Part shown: positions 27,406-40,050 of the stretch, one piece after another | Layout of the letters: the number at the start of each line of letters is the position of its first letter | Numbering within the stretch: position 1 is the stretch's first letter | Origin: Aplysia californica | Lineage: Eukaryota | DNA length: 63,856 nucleotides | Assembly: GCF_000002075.1 (NCBI RefSeq) | Contig: NW_004797570.1 | Location: forward strand, 364,528-428,383 | Direction of reading: 5' to 3' | Notes under the pieces: generated by a model | Databases searched by the model: none | What the model was told of the DNA's origin: nothing | Seen by the model: the letters and a program-made list of their open reading frames with translations, nothing else | Position numbers and translations under genes: made by a program

Positions 27406-28095
27406 GGTTAATTACTCATGACTATTGCACATCTGATGATACTCAATTAATCTACATCTAGAGAGATCTATATATCTAGATCTAGAAAATAGATCTCTAG
27501 ATTTATAGATTCGGGAAGATTGAAGAATACCGGACCACTCGTACATTATTGTGCGAGAAAGTGGGGCGGGTGGTTGGGATGGAGGAGGGGGGAGGGGGGT
27601 TCAGGTGGGTCTCCCCCCTGACAAAATTTTAATGAATAGATCTACCGGTCCGAGATTCTCCATTGAGAGTTAAAAACGGGAAAATTGTGAATTCGTAAGG
27701 TTGAGACATGTCACATAGGCAAAGTCAGTCCGCTGGTCCAGTATTTTTCAATCTTACCCTAGATTCTATAACCGTTCAGGCTCAGACTCAGGGCCTACTT
27801 AAAATTAGATCTCTAGAATCTAGATCTAGATCTAGATTCTAGATCAAGATCTAGATCTACCTGTTCTTGCCTCAGTCTCAGTCAGTGCCGGCTAAACACA
27901 GACCTTGCAAAATTACAGAGTTTATGATATATTTATAATTCATTTAAAAAAATTCTCCACGATCCAGACCAACATTTGATTAGTGTAAATGCGGACTGGA
28001 TTAGATCTATGTCTACTTGTTTGATTTTTTAAAAAAATGTTACTGAATTGTTCAGGCATCTAGATCTAGTCACTTGAGACTATAACTAGACCCAC

Positions 28096-28338
28096 CTGAA
28101 ACCAGAAGAGATTGTACAGCCCTGGTATAGGAATTCCTTTACGGTTTTGGTAGTCAATTAAGAATCTATATATAGAATCTAGTTCTAGATCTAGACCTTT
28201 AGAATTTAGAGAACTAAGCGAATACCACTTCGGACGGAACTCCCGGCCCGGAAGCGGAAAAGTGCTAGGCCTACTCATGTAACTTTCTTTTCCAAACACT
28301 AAACAAACGTTGAGTTTTTCGGAACACAAAGATCAAAA
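28096..28338. promoter_or_regulatory. Probable bidirectional promoter shared by MLH3 and LSM2
   Basis: CpG-rich patch with ETS/GABP-like CCGGAAGCGGAAAAGTG at about 28248-28264, roughly 80 bp upstream of the LSM2 ATG. A minus-strand donor CAG|GTGGGT at 28096/28095 could splice to the MLH3 acceptor at 24891/24890 just upstream of the MLH3 ATG. Confidence 0.55.
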
Positions 28339-31300
28339 ATGGTAATTTGCCGAGAGAAAGTAGCTTTTGCTTTGGTTTGCCCTCTTTTGACCATATATTG
28401 TGATGGTTCTGTGTTTCCACTTCGGATGAATTGAGTTCCATAGAAGAGTAGTGGCTACATTTCTCTCTCTCACCCTCTCACTCTCTCCTCACTCTCTCTC
28501 AGTGAGTCTCTCAACACTCTGTCTCTGTCTGACTGTTTCTTAACTTTTGTCCTGCGTCTGTGCTGAGATGTGAATCTTATCAGCAACCGATTACGTCGGA
28601 CATGCCGGGCAGGCTGCCGGGGTCACTCAGTGTGTACTGTTGGCAGTTGGTGCACAGTTGAGTGCGCGCGCCGGGAACGAAACGTGTGTTTTCGCCGTGA
28701 ATACCATAGGAGTGTGTTAATCAATGATGAAAATAACGCTCTATCATTCATAGCTTTCTATTTATAATTTGTTACAAACACATGAATAACCCCTTCTCAC
28801 AAATTGATAAGACATTACGAGTAGTTACGCCCATTCGAATAAATCCTTTAGTCTAGTCTAGACGCTCTTGTTGTTATGAATGACCTGAGGTTCGAAAGGC
28901 ATACCTGCCAACCCTACAGAAAAAATCGGTAGATCACCGACTTTAGGGTCAAACTACCGATCCACCGATTTTGAGATGAAGCCACCGACTTCGGGATTCA
29001 GCAGGGTGACTGCCAGGCCCCGGGAATTTGAGAAAGTTATCAAATATTTGAAAACCAAATCCGATAACGCCCGAAAGTTCATTTTTGCCGGTCGCGATTG
29101 TGATTCATTCGGCTCCCTCGAGAGTATGTTTGTTCACGCAGACAGGCGGCTATGGTGGCAAGCGGGTGTGATACCGACGTTTGATCGGGATAATCAAGAT
29201 ATACTTTCACTTTCGTTACCACCCAGAAATTTGCTGGTAGTAGTTTGATAACGCAACATTTATTGTAACAACATGCAGACTGTGCATGGCAAACGCTGTG
29301 TCGCCTTGAAAATAAATCAATATTTGTGCTGTGCTGTCACTTGTGAAAAAAAAAAGAAAAGAAAAGAAAGTTATAATAGTTATACAAGCGTCTTGTCGGG
29401 TTCGCCATTGTGACCGGTCAATGAACTTGCGCGTTCCATCACATTGTGAGCACGGGCACTTGTAGGGGTCACCAAAGTTCATTCAAAGTCTGAGCGCTGC
29501 GTAGTATAGGTCTCCAGAATGGGGGAGGATTATTTTTTTTAAAGATACACTCGGGGGAGGGGGGGGGAGGTGAAGGCAACACCAGGGGAATGTTTTGCAC
29601 TCAAATTGTTCTTTGTACCTGCATAAAATGGTATTCAAAACTATCAAACAAGCTTCTTTTTTATCAGGTAGTATCATTTCATACAAAATCAAGCTCATTT
29701 GAAAGATTTTGCATAGAAAAATGAAAGTCTTGTTTCCTGACTATACTTTCGAGGTCCTCATGTCTAAGGAGTGGGTCAAAATAAAATATTAATATAAGGG
29801 TCCCAAAATATGTATACATGCGACAAGAGGTAATATAGCCTTACTACAGATTTTTTTAGGTCAACTACAGATTTTTGGACAAAAATTTGCGTCCAACTAC
29901 AGATTTGGGCCCAGGCAATGTTGGCAGGTATGGAAAGGGGATATAATCTAGATCGAGATCTAGGTCAATTTCTGAATGTTTTGCACTCAAATTGTTCTTT
30001 GTACCTGCATAATGGTATTCAAAACTATCAAACAAGCTTCTTTTTTATCAGGTAGTATCATTTCATACAAAATCGAGCTCATTTTTGAAAGATTTTGCAT
30101 AGAAAAATGAAAGTCTTGTTTCCTGACTATACTTTCGAGCTCCTCATGTCTAAGAAGTGGGTCAATTTCTTCTATAATTTCATTGGACGAACATCTAGAG
30201 CTACCAACTTGGCGTGTTTTGAATGAGACGTATACCTCGATTACGAACCAATGCCGGCGGTTCTAGAAGAAGGCCACAAACGCACACAAACTCAAGCAGA
30301 CTGACGCATACACACGTGACCTGCGTGAATGGGGATCCGACTCGGGACCCGAATTTCACGTAAGATGATGTGCAGTGTGCGTGCGCAGAGTCAGGGGCTA
30401 CACTGACGCGGAGCCAGAACGAAGGCGAGATAAACTCGGCCCCCGCAGTACGAGGGTTAAATAAAATAATATAAAAATAAATTCCTTCCTGTCCTGCGTC
30501 TGTGCCAAGTTGAGAGTCTTATCAGTAGGCTAACCGACTACATTGGACGTTTCCGGCGCACGCCGGCGTCACTCAGCGTGTAACCTACTACTACACAAGC
30601 GGATAGTATTAATTAGAATTAGAGGGCGCTTTTTCGGTAGATGTTTCCACCCTATTTGCCGGTTTTGGCCCCAACTATAGATCTAGGGAGGTTTCGGGGG
30701 GGGGGGGGGGGGGGCAAAGTAGAAAGCTAATAAAAATATGGAGGGGCGCATTTTACCATAATTTGATATTTTGCAGGCCTTTGCAGTTCTAAGTTTGATA
30801 TCTCGGTATCCTGCACGCCGCGCATCAAACATAGAGCCTGTAGTCTAATAAGATATCTAAATCTAGATCTAGGTCCAAATAAGCGGGGTTGGAACTACTG
30901 AAAAAGTGCTAATTATTTTAGGTTATTAAGGAATGTCAGGAGTACGCTATATTAGCCGATATTTATAGTAACAGCCATCTTGTTTGAAGTCGTTGGGGGA
31001 TTCCCTCTTTGTTGTCAGTCACAGTGGCAGGACGTACGTAGGTCTACTCCTAGTCTTCTTCTTCTTCTCAATTTATGTAGTGTACAGCATCAGTTTTAAT
31101 CCGAGTTGGCAGGCTGTGACTCTCTCTTTTCTTGGCAGTGAAAATCGGATTTAAGGAAGTTGTCGAGGATGAGCCTCAGTTTCATTGAATCCGAATGTTT
31201 GTTATAATAGCAGTGTGAGAAACAAGTTGCATTGCAGTGTGGTGATAGGGTATGTCCTGGACCTACATTGTTTTTGTTTCATCCATAGTTCAAGACCAGC

Positions 31301-33746
31301 ATTTCCCCACAAACCAAGGCGCAATTAATTGCGTAGTTCAATATTATAACTCTTATGTTATGCTTAAGGATGGAATAGATAGCGCTTTTTCTGTTCATTT
31401 TTATCCTTTTTACACAAAACTTGACTTTAACTCTCTAACTACTGGCCCCTTTCACCAGTCACTAACGCTGAGTACTGCATAGCTGCCACTTTCCCGCTAA
31501 ATAGCGGAAACTCCGCTTTATCTAGCTTTTCCCGCTACTTTCCCCCTTCCTCCACTGGACCGCTCTCGGTCGCAAATTGCGATACTTTTTTTTTTCACAC
31601 GCGGAAAACACCGAACCAGGAGAGAGACGAAAACGCAGCTTGTGCATGACGCATGTCCGCCCGTAGCTTTTTATTTCCGTTCTTCTAGGCCTAGCGCTAG
31701 TTTCACTTTGTTTATTGTGGAGCAACAAAGTGTCGATTGGGCATCGAGACGTTGGCGCGCTGAGTTGTCATTGAAAACAGCGGAAATTCGAGAGAAATTG
31801 ATGCAGAATGCAAAAATAAAAGGAGCTGGAATGAGAAAGAAGCAGCCGCGACTTGAAAAGTTCATTAGTAAATTGAACAAGCGCTTGCTGCACTTTGCGT
31901 TTGGTGTGATAAAGAAATCGCGGCCCGCGGCACTCTTGTACAATTGCGGTCCCGTTTGTTTACATGATGGCTATTGTGGCTGTGGAAGTGAATCTAGATA
32001 TAATCTATCTCTAGATGTAATCTAGATTTACACATATTTAGATATCTAGATGTAGATTAGATAGCCTAGGCTATAAATTTTAATTCAGTGTAGATCTACA
32101 CACTACAGGGGCACTACCAAGTTAAGTGCGAACAGGACCGCAATTGTACAGGAGTGCTCAGTACAGCGGCAAAGGTGTTGCCTCCTTGATCCAATACTGC
32201 GCGCACTCTACATCGATGTACAAGTTTAAAGTGAAAGAAATCTTTTTATAAGACCCCAGCTGGCAACAAACTCTGGATTTTTAGTCACCAATTCCAAACT
32301 GTGTCAAATTGACTCAAATGTTTGTTTGTCAACTTAATGCCTTGGGGGGGGGGGGGGGGGTGTTTGTGGCAGCTATGGTACTGGCATTTTTTAGGGTATT
32401 TCAAAACGCCACCACAACTCTCAGAATTATCCTATTATAATAATTTTTTTGACACAGTAAAGTTACTTTCAAACTTAATCTATTGCAAAAAAATTAAGTT
32501 CTCTAGGTCTAATACTTAAATTCTTATGATTGTTTCAAAATTGGAAGGAATTTGATTTTTCGAAAAATTTCCAGAGAAGTGACAGATAGAATGAAATTCA
32601 CAACAACAACAAATATAAAAATTCAAAGTGTTCTGTTTTGATTTGTATCCATGTGTGAGTGTTTGATGAAAATATAAATTCAAAAAAGTAAAAGCTGGTC
32701 TGTATGTTGATTCAGACACACATACACTGAATTACATGAGACAGATGTAGGGAACGAAGTTGTGATTTCGTCGTAATTTTTCAAAACATTTTTAAAAAAT
32801 ATATTTTAAGATGTAGGCCTTATTGTTTGTGACAGCATACCCCTCTCCAGGGATGGATATTTTCAATAAAATTACAGTAATTTTGATTTTCTCTGTCATT
32901 TTCCGTAAGTGGGACCCGACGTCCTGTCTCCTTTCTCTTCTCAGAAAGTGCTTCTCTCTCACACTTTCTTTCTCTCTCTGTTCCTGTCTCCTTATTTTTC
33001 TCTCTTTCTCTCTCTGTTCCTGTCTCCTTATGATGCCTTATCTTTCTCTATCTCCNNNNNNNNNNNNNNNNNNNNNNNNNNNNNNNNNNNNNNNNNNNNN
33101 NNNNNNNNNNNNNNNNNNNNNNNNNNNNNNNNNNNNNNNNNNNNNNNNNNNNNNNNNNNNNNNNNNNNNNNNNNNNNNNNNNNNNNNNNNNNNNNNNNNN
33201 NNNNNNNNNNNNNNNNNNNNNNNNNNNNNTTTTGGACTGATCAGTTTCTATCCCTGCCTCTGAAACCCGCCAGATCTTTCAGATCATGTGAAATATTCCT
33301 CCACAATCAGGTGTATAACTACAGTGTACAGTCAAACCTGGAGGCTATTTTTCTTTCACTCCCTTTTCATGAAGTGCATCTGCATTCACAAGTAAAAAGA
33401 TGATGTGTTGGCAGGACAAGTGGCTTGTGGGCGGAAAAATATTCATTTTCGTTACAAACTGCTTTTATTATAAAGTTTACATCGTGCTTTTGATTTTCCA
33501 TTTCAGCTTTTTTATTCCTTCTTCAAATCTCTTGTTGGCAAAGAAGTGGTTGTGGAGTTAAAAAATGATCTCTGGTAAGTTCCTTTTTTTTTTAGGCTGC
33601 CATACTTCTGTGTGGTGACGTAGACAACTTTGGCTGACTTTTTCACTCTTTGCATGTGTGGTTTTTTTTTTACTGTTCTAATAATGTAGATATTATGCTT
33701 ATGTTTAGTTTCAATGTAATATCATTAAGTCATTTGGCATGCTGTG

Positions 33747-33785
<39 letters not shown>

Positions 33786-35784
33786 AATATACATATATAT
33801 GATATTTTCATTCTTCCTTTTCAAACGGCTTATCATGAGATAACAATAGTCTTCTACAGAATATTTGATAATAAGTCATTTTTTGTTTGTCTACACAGCA
33901 TCTGTGGGACTTTGCACTCTGTGGATCAGTTCCTCAACATCAAGTTAACAGATATCAGTGTCACAGATCCAGAGAAGTATCCACATATGGTGAGTGTTGT
34001 TTTGACTTGAACATAGATTTTTTTTTAATGGGGAGGACAGGGCAAACATGATAGTAGCAATAGGCCTGACTGACAGATAATGTTCTAAGCTCGGAGTTCC
34101 TCTGAAATTATTGAGATATTTCTGAATCAATTGCCTTCTGTTGAGAGCAGGAGTGTGCAACGCTTCTCATTTTAACTGGTGAGCTTTGAACTTTGGAACA
34201 ACAGTTAGGGCCACACACTGTCATGATATGTATTTTTATGACAACTTGTGCATTGGGCTAGCGTTTGCGTTTGTTGCCATTTTTTATCGAAAAGTGACCA
34301 CAAAAAATGGCAAAAGTTGCCATTAATTTTCAAGCTTTTAATTCTCTGTGACGACGTATCTATAGCAATATGTTGATAAAGGTAACTTAATTTATAGCGC
34401 TAGAATTTCTTGTGCTTTATTCTAAGCATCCAGAATATCATTTTAGCCACACAGAGTGTAAAAACGTGAAAAACAAAGGTTTCACAACAGAATGAATTCA
34501 AAATTAAAACAGCACATAAACAACCACAAAAATTAACAAATAAGGGTGTGTGTCCACCTATCCGAAGATTGGCTGTTTTAACCCTAAACGTACGTAATTC
34601 AAGAAAAAAGTACAGGATATTACATGTAAATTATGAATCATACCAAGGGGCCTGCCAGTATCAGTTTTCGGATTTGGTGGAGACATGCTCTTAACATAAC
34701 ACATTTACATGTAAAAAAAGGTTGGAACAACTTCAAATTAAATGACATTACGCTATATAAACACAAAAAATAAAAAAGCAACACATCCGAACAATAACAG
34801 CAACAAAAATTAATACACCAGCAAATTAAAACACAACAACGAGGGAATAATAAAAGAGAAACAGCAATATAAATAGTATGTAGTGCACTTATAATTATAA
34901 CATATTCTTAACATGAAAATAACAAATCAACGTGGTGTCAACAAGTGAGAAAGAGACGAAGTGAAACTGAAGTGAATTATAAGCTCTCTTTCTAAAAGTA
35001 AAAGTAAAGAAGTTCGGTTTCTTTTTTAATATTTTCATTATTTAATTATTTCCCCTTTTTTCTACTTTTTATTCTCCAGCTGTGTTCTTTTTGTTGTTGT
35101 TTTGTTTTGTTGGTTGAAAAATGCAAAAATCACGGCTGCGATTCGCGGACTCAAAAAAATGCCAAAAATTGCGACTGCGACAAACCAGATGCTAGACTGG
35201 GGTTTAAAAATGAAAAGGATTAGTAAGAGCCATATTAACTGGCATTGTGGACTGGGTTGTGGCCCGTGAGCCACCTGTTGCACGAGGAAGGTGAGCAGTT
35301 GGCACACTTCCACTGGAAGTTTTCTTGTATGTTTACAAAGGCCATTTTTGTTATATTGTACTTTTTGTACAGCCTCTTTTTGGTAAAGGTCATGATCCTT
35401 TTTTATGTGAAATGCTTTCATCTTTGCTGAAAATATTTCTCTAGATAAAGCATGCTGTTGGTAAGGGGAAGATGTGGTTGAGTGGTTTGCAGATAAATTT
35501 GGATGCTTTTTCTTGGCTTAAATAATAGTTGTTTGAGCTCCTCCACGGGTTGTTTAAATTTAAAGCCCCTTTGTTTACACTGTATAATAATCCATGTGCA
35601 TATGTACAAATAACTTTTTATAAATCAATGATGCAATTGTGTTGTCTTTTGGCAGCTGTCAGTGAAGACGTGTTTCATCCGAGGGTCAGTGGTCCGTTAT
35701 GTGCAGTTGCCAGCAGATGAGTGTGATACACAGCTGTTACAGGATGCCACAAGGAAGGAGGCTGCTCAGAATAAACAAAGATAG
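28339..35784 (+). CDS. LSM2: U6 snRNA-associated Sm-like protein LSm2, 4 coding exons, 96 aa
   Basis: Exons 28339-28341 (ATG|GT), 33507-33574, 33899-33989 and 35656-35784 give MLFYSFFKSLVGKEVVVELKNDLCICGTLHSVDQFLNIKLTDISVTDPEKYPHMLSVKTCFIRGSVVRYVQLPADECDTQLLQDATRKEAAQNKQR. Placement of the ATG-only first exon is inferred (AAAAATG|GT context next to the promoter); intron 1 contains an assembly gap. Confidence 0.95.
28544..30456 (+). mobile_element. piggyBac-like non-autonomous element hosting a nested TIR element
   Basis: TTAA at both ends, degenerate TIRs CTTTTGTCCTGCG / (reverse complement) CCCTCGTACTGCG. A diverged inverted paralog lies at about 50525-51125 and a partial tandem copy at 30481-30582. 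Confidence 0.6.
28900..29932. mobile_element. 1033-bp TIR DNA element with 6-bp TSD
   Basis: Perfect 13-bp TIR CATACCTGCCAAC/GTTGGCAGGTATG, TSD GAAAGG at 28894-28899 and 29933-29938. The paralogous empty site at 50882-50887 has a single copy of the hexamer. Confidence 0.85.
33056..33229. other. Assembly gap (174 N)
   Basis: Run of N, preceded by a CT-rich tandem repeat. Confidence 1.
34258..35195. mobile_element. TIR element with probable 6-bp TSD in the last LSM2 intron
   Basis: Imperfect TIR CTAGCGTTTGCGTTTGTTGC / (reverse complement) CTAGCATCTGGTTTGTCGC, flanks ATTGGG and ACTGGG. Confidence 0.5.
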
Positions 35785-36550
35785 ATACCAGGGCTATTGA
35801 TTGGTGTGTTTGTGAGTGAGTCTGTGTGAAGTGCCAGAGAATGCATGTGAAAGGTACTGTTGAAAAATGGTGATGAGAGAAAGGAGTACTGCCAGTTTAG
35901 CTAATTGTTTATGTTGAATTTGTCAGCAAATCTGACTCATAGTTCACCTGTATCAGTATCACATTTGAGAATGAGAGTCATCATGTGAAATTTGATGTAC
36001 AAGTTACATGCATTGATTTGTTACCTGTTGTTGTTTTTTAAGAAAGTTGTGGGGATTGATTGAGCTGTGAGTGGAAAGTTGACAACAGGTTCAGTAATAT
36101 GTCCTACAACATCAAGCGAGATATAATAATCATATTTTTGGTTTCTGTAAGGGTCCTACCTAATTTTGATTATGATTACAGTCTCATCTTTGATGTGACA
36201 TAGTCTTTGATAGAGTAACACTAATAGTTCTGATAAGTGAAAGATTGTCCTGAAATACGAGATACCAAAACCACATGCTACTTTTGCTAGAACTGGAGGA
36301 GTTGACTACTAAGCTGGAGAAAGGCTGTTGACTTGCTGCTGAAACTCCTGGAGAGTCTATACCTATCCAGTTAGTTTTGTATTTTCTCAACAGTTTTTTT
36401 AAAACACAGAGTTTATTGATCGGCAGAGGGGGAAAAAATGCACCTGTCGAAGTTTAATGAATTGGGCCTTTGTAGTTTTGAGACACTTTCTCCCTTTCAC
36501 TGTTGGATTATACATCAGTAAGGGACTTGGCTCAGTTAACCCTTTCATTG

Positions 36551-36809
36551 CTGCTTTTTCTTCCCTCATCCTTACTATCGTCACTTTTCCTTTACTTCTT
36601 TTGTGTTTGTCACTCTCTTGTGAACTGCTAGTTCTGGGGTGCCTTGATAGTTGAAGCAGACTTTGTGCTGTTGTGGCTAGAGAGGTAAGCAGAGTAAGCC
36701 TGATTCCCTGTCTGAACTTCTCTGTCTGTTGACATCCACCCCTTGGCGTTCATATGACCTTATGCAGTTGCGAGAGTAGTGTAACCTTAATACAATTAAA
36801 CTGAAAAAT
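36551..36809 (+). mobile_element. 5'-truncated retroposon (hairpin-tail family) inserted into the piggyBac-like TIR
   Basis: 10-bp TSD CCTTTCATTG at 36541-36550 and 36810-36819. Homologous to 41995-42375 and 48150-48500. Confidence 0.75.
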
Positions 36810-37717
36810 CCTTTCATTGTCAGGGGGTGTGCATTTCTACTGTCAACCTTAAGTTTCAGCTATGCTCTTTAGCCAGGACAGTGGTCTCATCGGTCTCAGT
36901 GTCAGTGGACTGGCGGTCTGGATCTGGCCCACTCATGACATATTTGGAACCTGAGTCTTCATCACCTTCTTCATCCTCATATTCCCCAATATCATTATTG
37001 TTTCAAACAACTTGAAAAATTAAGTCAAAATGTGAAATATTTTACCTTTCTTTTTCTATCATTTTAGTGTTTATGTTTTGTGAAAGCACGCTTTTTTTGT
37101 CTGCAAGATTAGATCTGTGTTTATATATTTCTTGCAAGCCTACTTATAAAGTAACACAAGCAAATTTGGTACAAATATAGGCATTTTTAATCCTCAAATA
37201 CAAATCCATCTTGTGCTTGTGGCTTAATCTGCATACAGAAGAATTGTAGCCAGATGATTAGTGTGACACATGTGTCACGATGCGGTGGAATCAGGCACTC
37301 GTCAATTTTTGGGCTTATGGAGTTATTGGTACCGGTATCAACTTAAAGCCTGTTCACTTGCCTTGCTTTGAATGAAAAAATATCTTTTTATCTGGAATAG
37401 AAGTCAAGATATTTGTGATTGAAGGAAGTGGGGGTCGCCAGGTTCAGATGTAAAATTAGAGAGAAAATGGCTGCCAAAGTTTGGTGACTTCCATAGATTG
37501 AGAGTCCTTGAAAACTGAAAATTTACAATTTTTGCCCCTGTAAAAGTTTGTCAGTAGAATCCACACAGAAATGTGTTTTTTAATAGATGTTGAGCCAAAA
37601 AACAAAAATTCAATAAAAATGGTCTAACCAGCAGAAAAATGCCAGTTTCTTCTATTTCAGTATTTTGACGAGCGCCTGATTTCACCACAATGCCTCACAT
37701 ATAGTAATACATGTCTT

Positions 37718-38257
37718 ATCATCATCAATGCCTTCCACTCGTGGCAGGGTATAGGCCACATACAAGCTCCTTCCATTTATCTCTGCCCTGGGCCATCCTT
37801 CCAAGCTCGTTCCACGAAAGTGAGTTTCATCCCTCTCATTTCCTTTTCCACACATCTCCTCCATGTTTCCCGTGGCCTACCCCTGCCTTGTGTTCCCTAT
37901 GGGCTCCACTGCAGTGACTGTCATAAAGGGTCCTAATGTTCCACGATTCAATCCGAACAGACTTAGATGGTGGGGGAAGTTTCTGCCCAGCATCTTCCTT
38001 TTGGCTTTCACTGCCTCGCATCATAAACTGTCCATTCGGAGATGATCCACAACCAACCATTAGGCTTTTGCTTGTATGTGTTTCTGTAACAGGTTCTTTT
38101 AACGAGAGAGGTTGTTAGCCTCATGACTTATCCCCTGGCCTGGAGGGAGGATAACTCTGTTTCGGGAGTCTCTACCTGGTTCACCATTTAGTCGCCTCTT
38201 ACGACATGCTAGCACCACGTCAGTCCTATCCTTCTCAATGCCAGGACTGCATGGCAA
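37718..38257 (-). mobile_element. Bipartite (internally deleted) RTE mini-element
   Basis: RTE-type 5'UTR, APE start (VRIESWNIRTL) fused to the RTE C-terminus (GRGRPRETWRRCVEKEM...WKELVCGL), a (TGA)n tail, and a 9-bp TSD ACATGTCTT at 37709-37717 and 38258-38266. Confidence 0.8.
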
Positions 38258-38645
38258 ACATGTCTTTAAAGGAGATCAAAAATGGCAAATTTTGCCAACT
38301 TCCGTGACATCCGTGGTACGGCACAAAGCGAAAAATTATGTATTTTTCAAGATGTACTTTGTATGTCATAAGGCAATGAAGGGGTTAATGACACTTTAAC
38401 TTTAACTACATTGTCCATGTATTTGTATGCTTTACAAAAGCACTTTCTCTCATTGTTTTTTGCCATAGTTTGTGAGTGAACTGTAATTGTTTTTAAGAAA
38501 AACAAACACTTCCTTTCTATTCAGAGTGGCCCACTATATTGCATTCGACAAGTGAACATGATGATTTCACATGAATCTGTTATTATTATTTCATCTCCCT
38601 CCTGCCCTCCCCCCCCCCCCCCCCCCACCCCACACACACACTCAT

Positions 38646-39107
38646 TTTTGGAAATTGATTCATCCTTATCTTGTTCACATGATGTACCATCCCAACAAAA
38701 CAAAATGCTAGACTACCTTATGATTTATTCATAATATTAATATGTTCATGTACAGGAATGGAACAATGTTCTTCATGTTATTACTCAAACTTTTTTAATT
38801 GTTTTTTTTATTTTTTAGTGCAAACTGTTTATTCTCCCAATAAACAATTTGACAAGAAAGAGCTTATAGAACTTTTGGAAATTGATTCATCCTTATCTTG
38901 TTCACATGATGTACCATCCCAGCTGTCAACAAAATAAAATGCTAGACTACCTTATGATTTATTCATAACATTAATATGTTCATGTACAGGAATGGAACAA
39001 TGTTCTTCATGTTATTACTCAAACTTTTTTTTATTGTTATTTTTTTTTGGTGCAAACTGTTTATTCTTCCAATAAACAATTTGACAAGAAAGAGCTTATA
39101 GAACTTT
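38646..39107. repeat. Tandem duplication of about 230 bp containing AATAAA
   Basis: Two near-identical units (38646-38875 and 38873-39107), with AATAAA at 38839 and 39071. Confidence 0.9.
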
Positions 39108-39301
39108 GTATGGATATTATTTCTTTTTTGTAAGTGTTTCTCTGTTTGACCAGGGGTCCTTAACCTACCAGAGGATGCCCTGTATCTTTTTTTCTCTCTG
39201 TTGTTTTTGTTTATTAATTTTTCTTTTTTCCCCTGCTCAAAATGGCGGTTGACCTGTTGATGTGCTCCGCTTTACTCAACTTTTATACATACATGTATGT
39301 A

Positions 39302-40050
39302 CAGCAGAACACGGCTATAGCAGGACTTTTGGTTCCTGAAGAAAAATCTTGTGTTGTCGAGTTCCCGCTATAGGAATGCAAAGGGGAAATTACTGAAAAT
39401 GTTCTTTAAAATCCACATGATTACATCCCTTCCACATATTAAAAAAATTTGCGCTTTAGATTAATCTTCCTTTTTTTGTCAACTTCGTTGATTATCTCGG
39501 CATTTAAATCGAGTGAAAAGCATTTCCTGTAGTCTTCGTTGGAAGCCACATATTCCTTGGCTTGTTGCTTGTGCTGTCTATCGTACCGTTAGGCCTATTG
39601 TAGAACTGGTGAAGTGTATACTTGAGCATCAACGATCGCAATTCAATGAATCAGGAATCGCACACTACACGCTCTCCTCTTCTTTTACCTTTTAGCCTAG
39701 TCTAGGGCTAGGGCTATTATCTACATTACGTTTGGAGTGCTCCCCCCAGTGCGTCTCTCCTCACCACCTCTCTCTCCGCACCATCTCTCTTTAGGCCTAC
39801 CGCCTGCCCCACCTCAATCATCACTGGGCTAGCCAATCACAACGCTGACTGCCTGATTGGAGCCCGCCTACAACCCCCCACCCCTCCCCGCTAGAGATAG
39901 CTCGATCTCTCCCGCTGTATCAGAGTTCAGAACTTTTCTTGTCCCGCTATATTCATGCATAAGTAATTGAGTTTACATAGGAAGAAAAACGGGGATTCCG
40001 GTAAGGTCCCGCTGTAGGGATGAGGGTGCCGCTGTAGTCATGTTCTGCTC
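39302..40050. mobile_element. Tc1/mariner (pogo-like) MITE
   Basis: TA-flanked imperfect TIRs CAGCAGAACACGGCTATAGC / GCTGTAGTCATGTTCTGCTC, with subterminal CCCGCT(A/G)TAGG repeats. Confidence 0.7.

Larger units (their letters stand above)
36540..38384. mobile_element. piggyBac-like non-autonomous element with two nested retroposons
   Basis: TTAA|CCCTTTCATTG at the left end and CAATGAAGGGG|TTAA at the right end. Confidence 0.65.

Noticed and set aside
8119-35784. Conserved linkage of LSM2 with a meiotic mismatch-repair gene (human LSM2 lies near MSH5)
   Set aside because: MLH3 is a MutL and MSH5 a MutS protein, so they are not homologous and this is no evidence of synteny.
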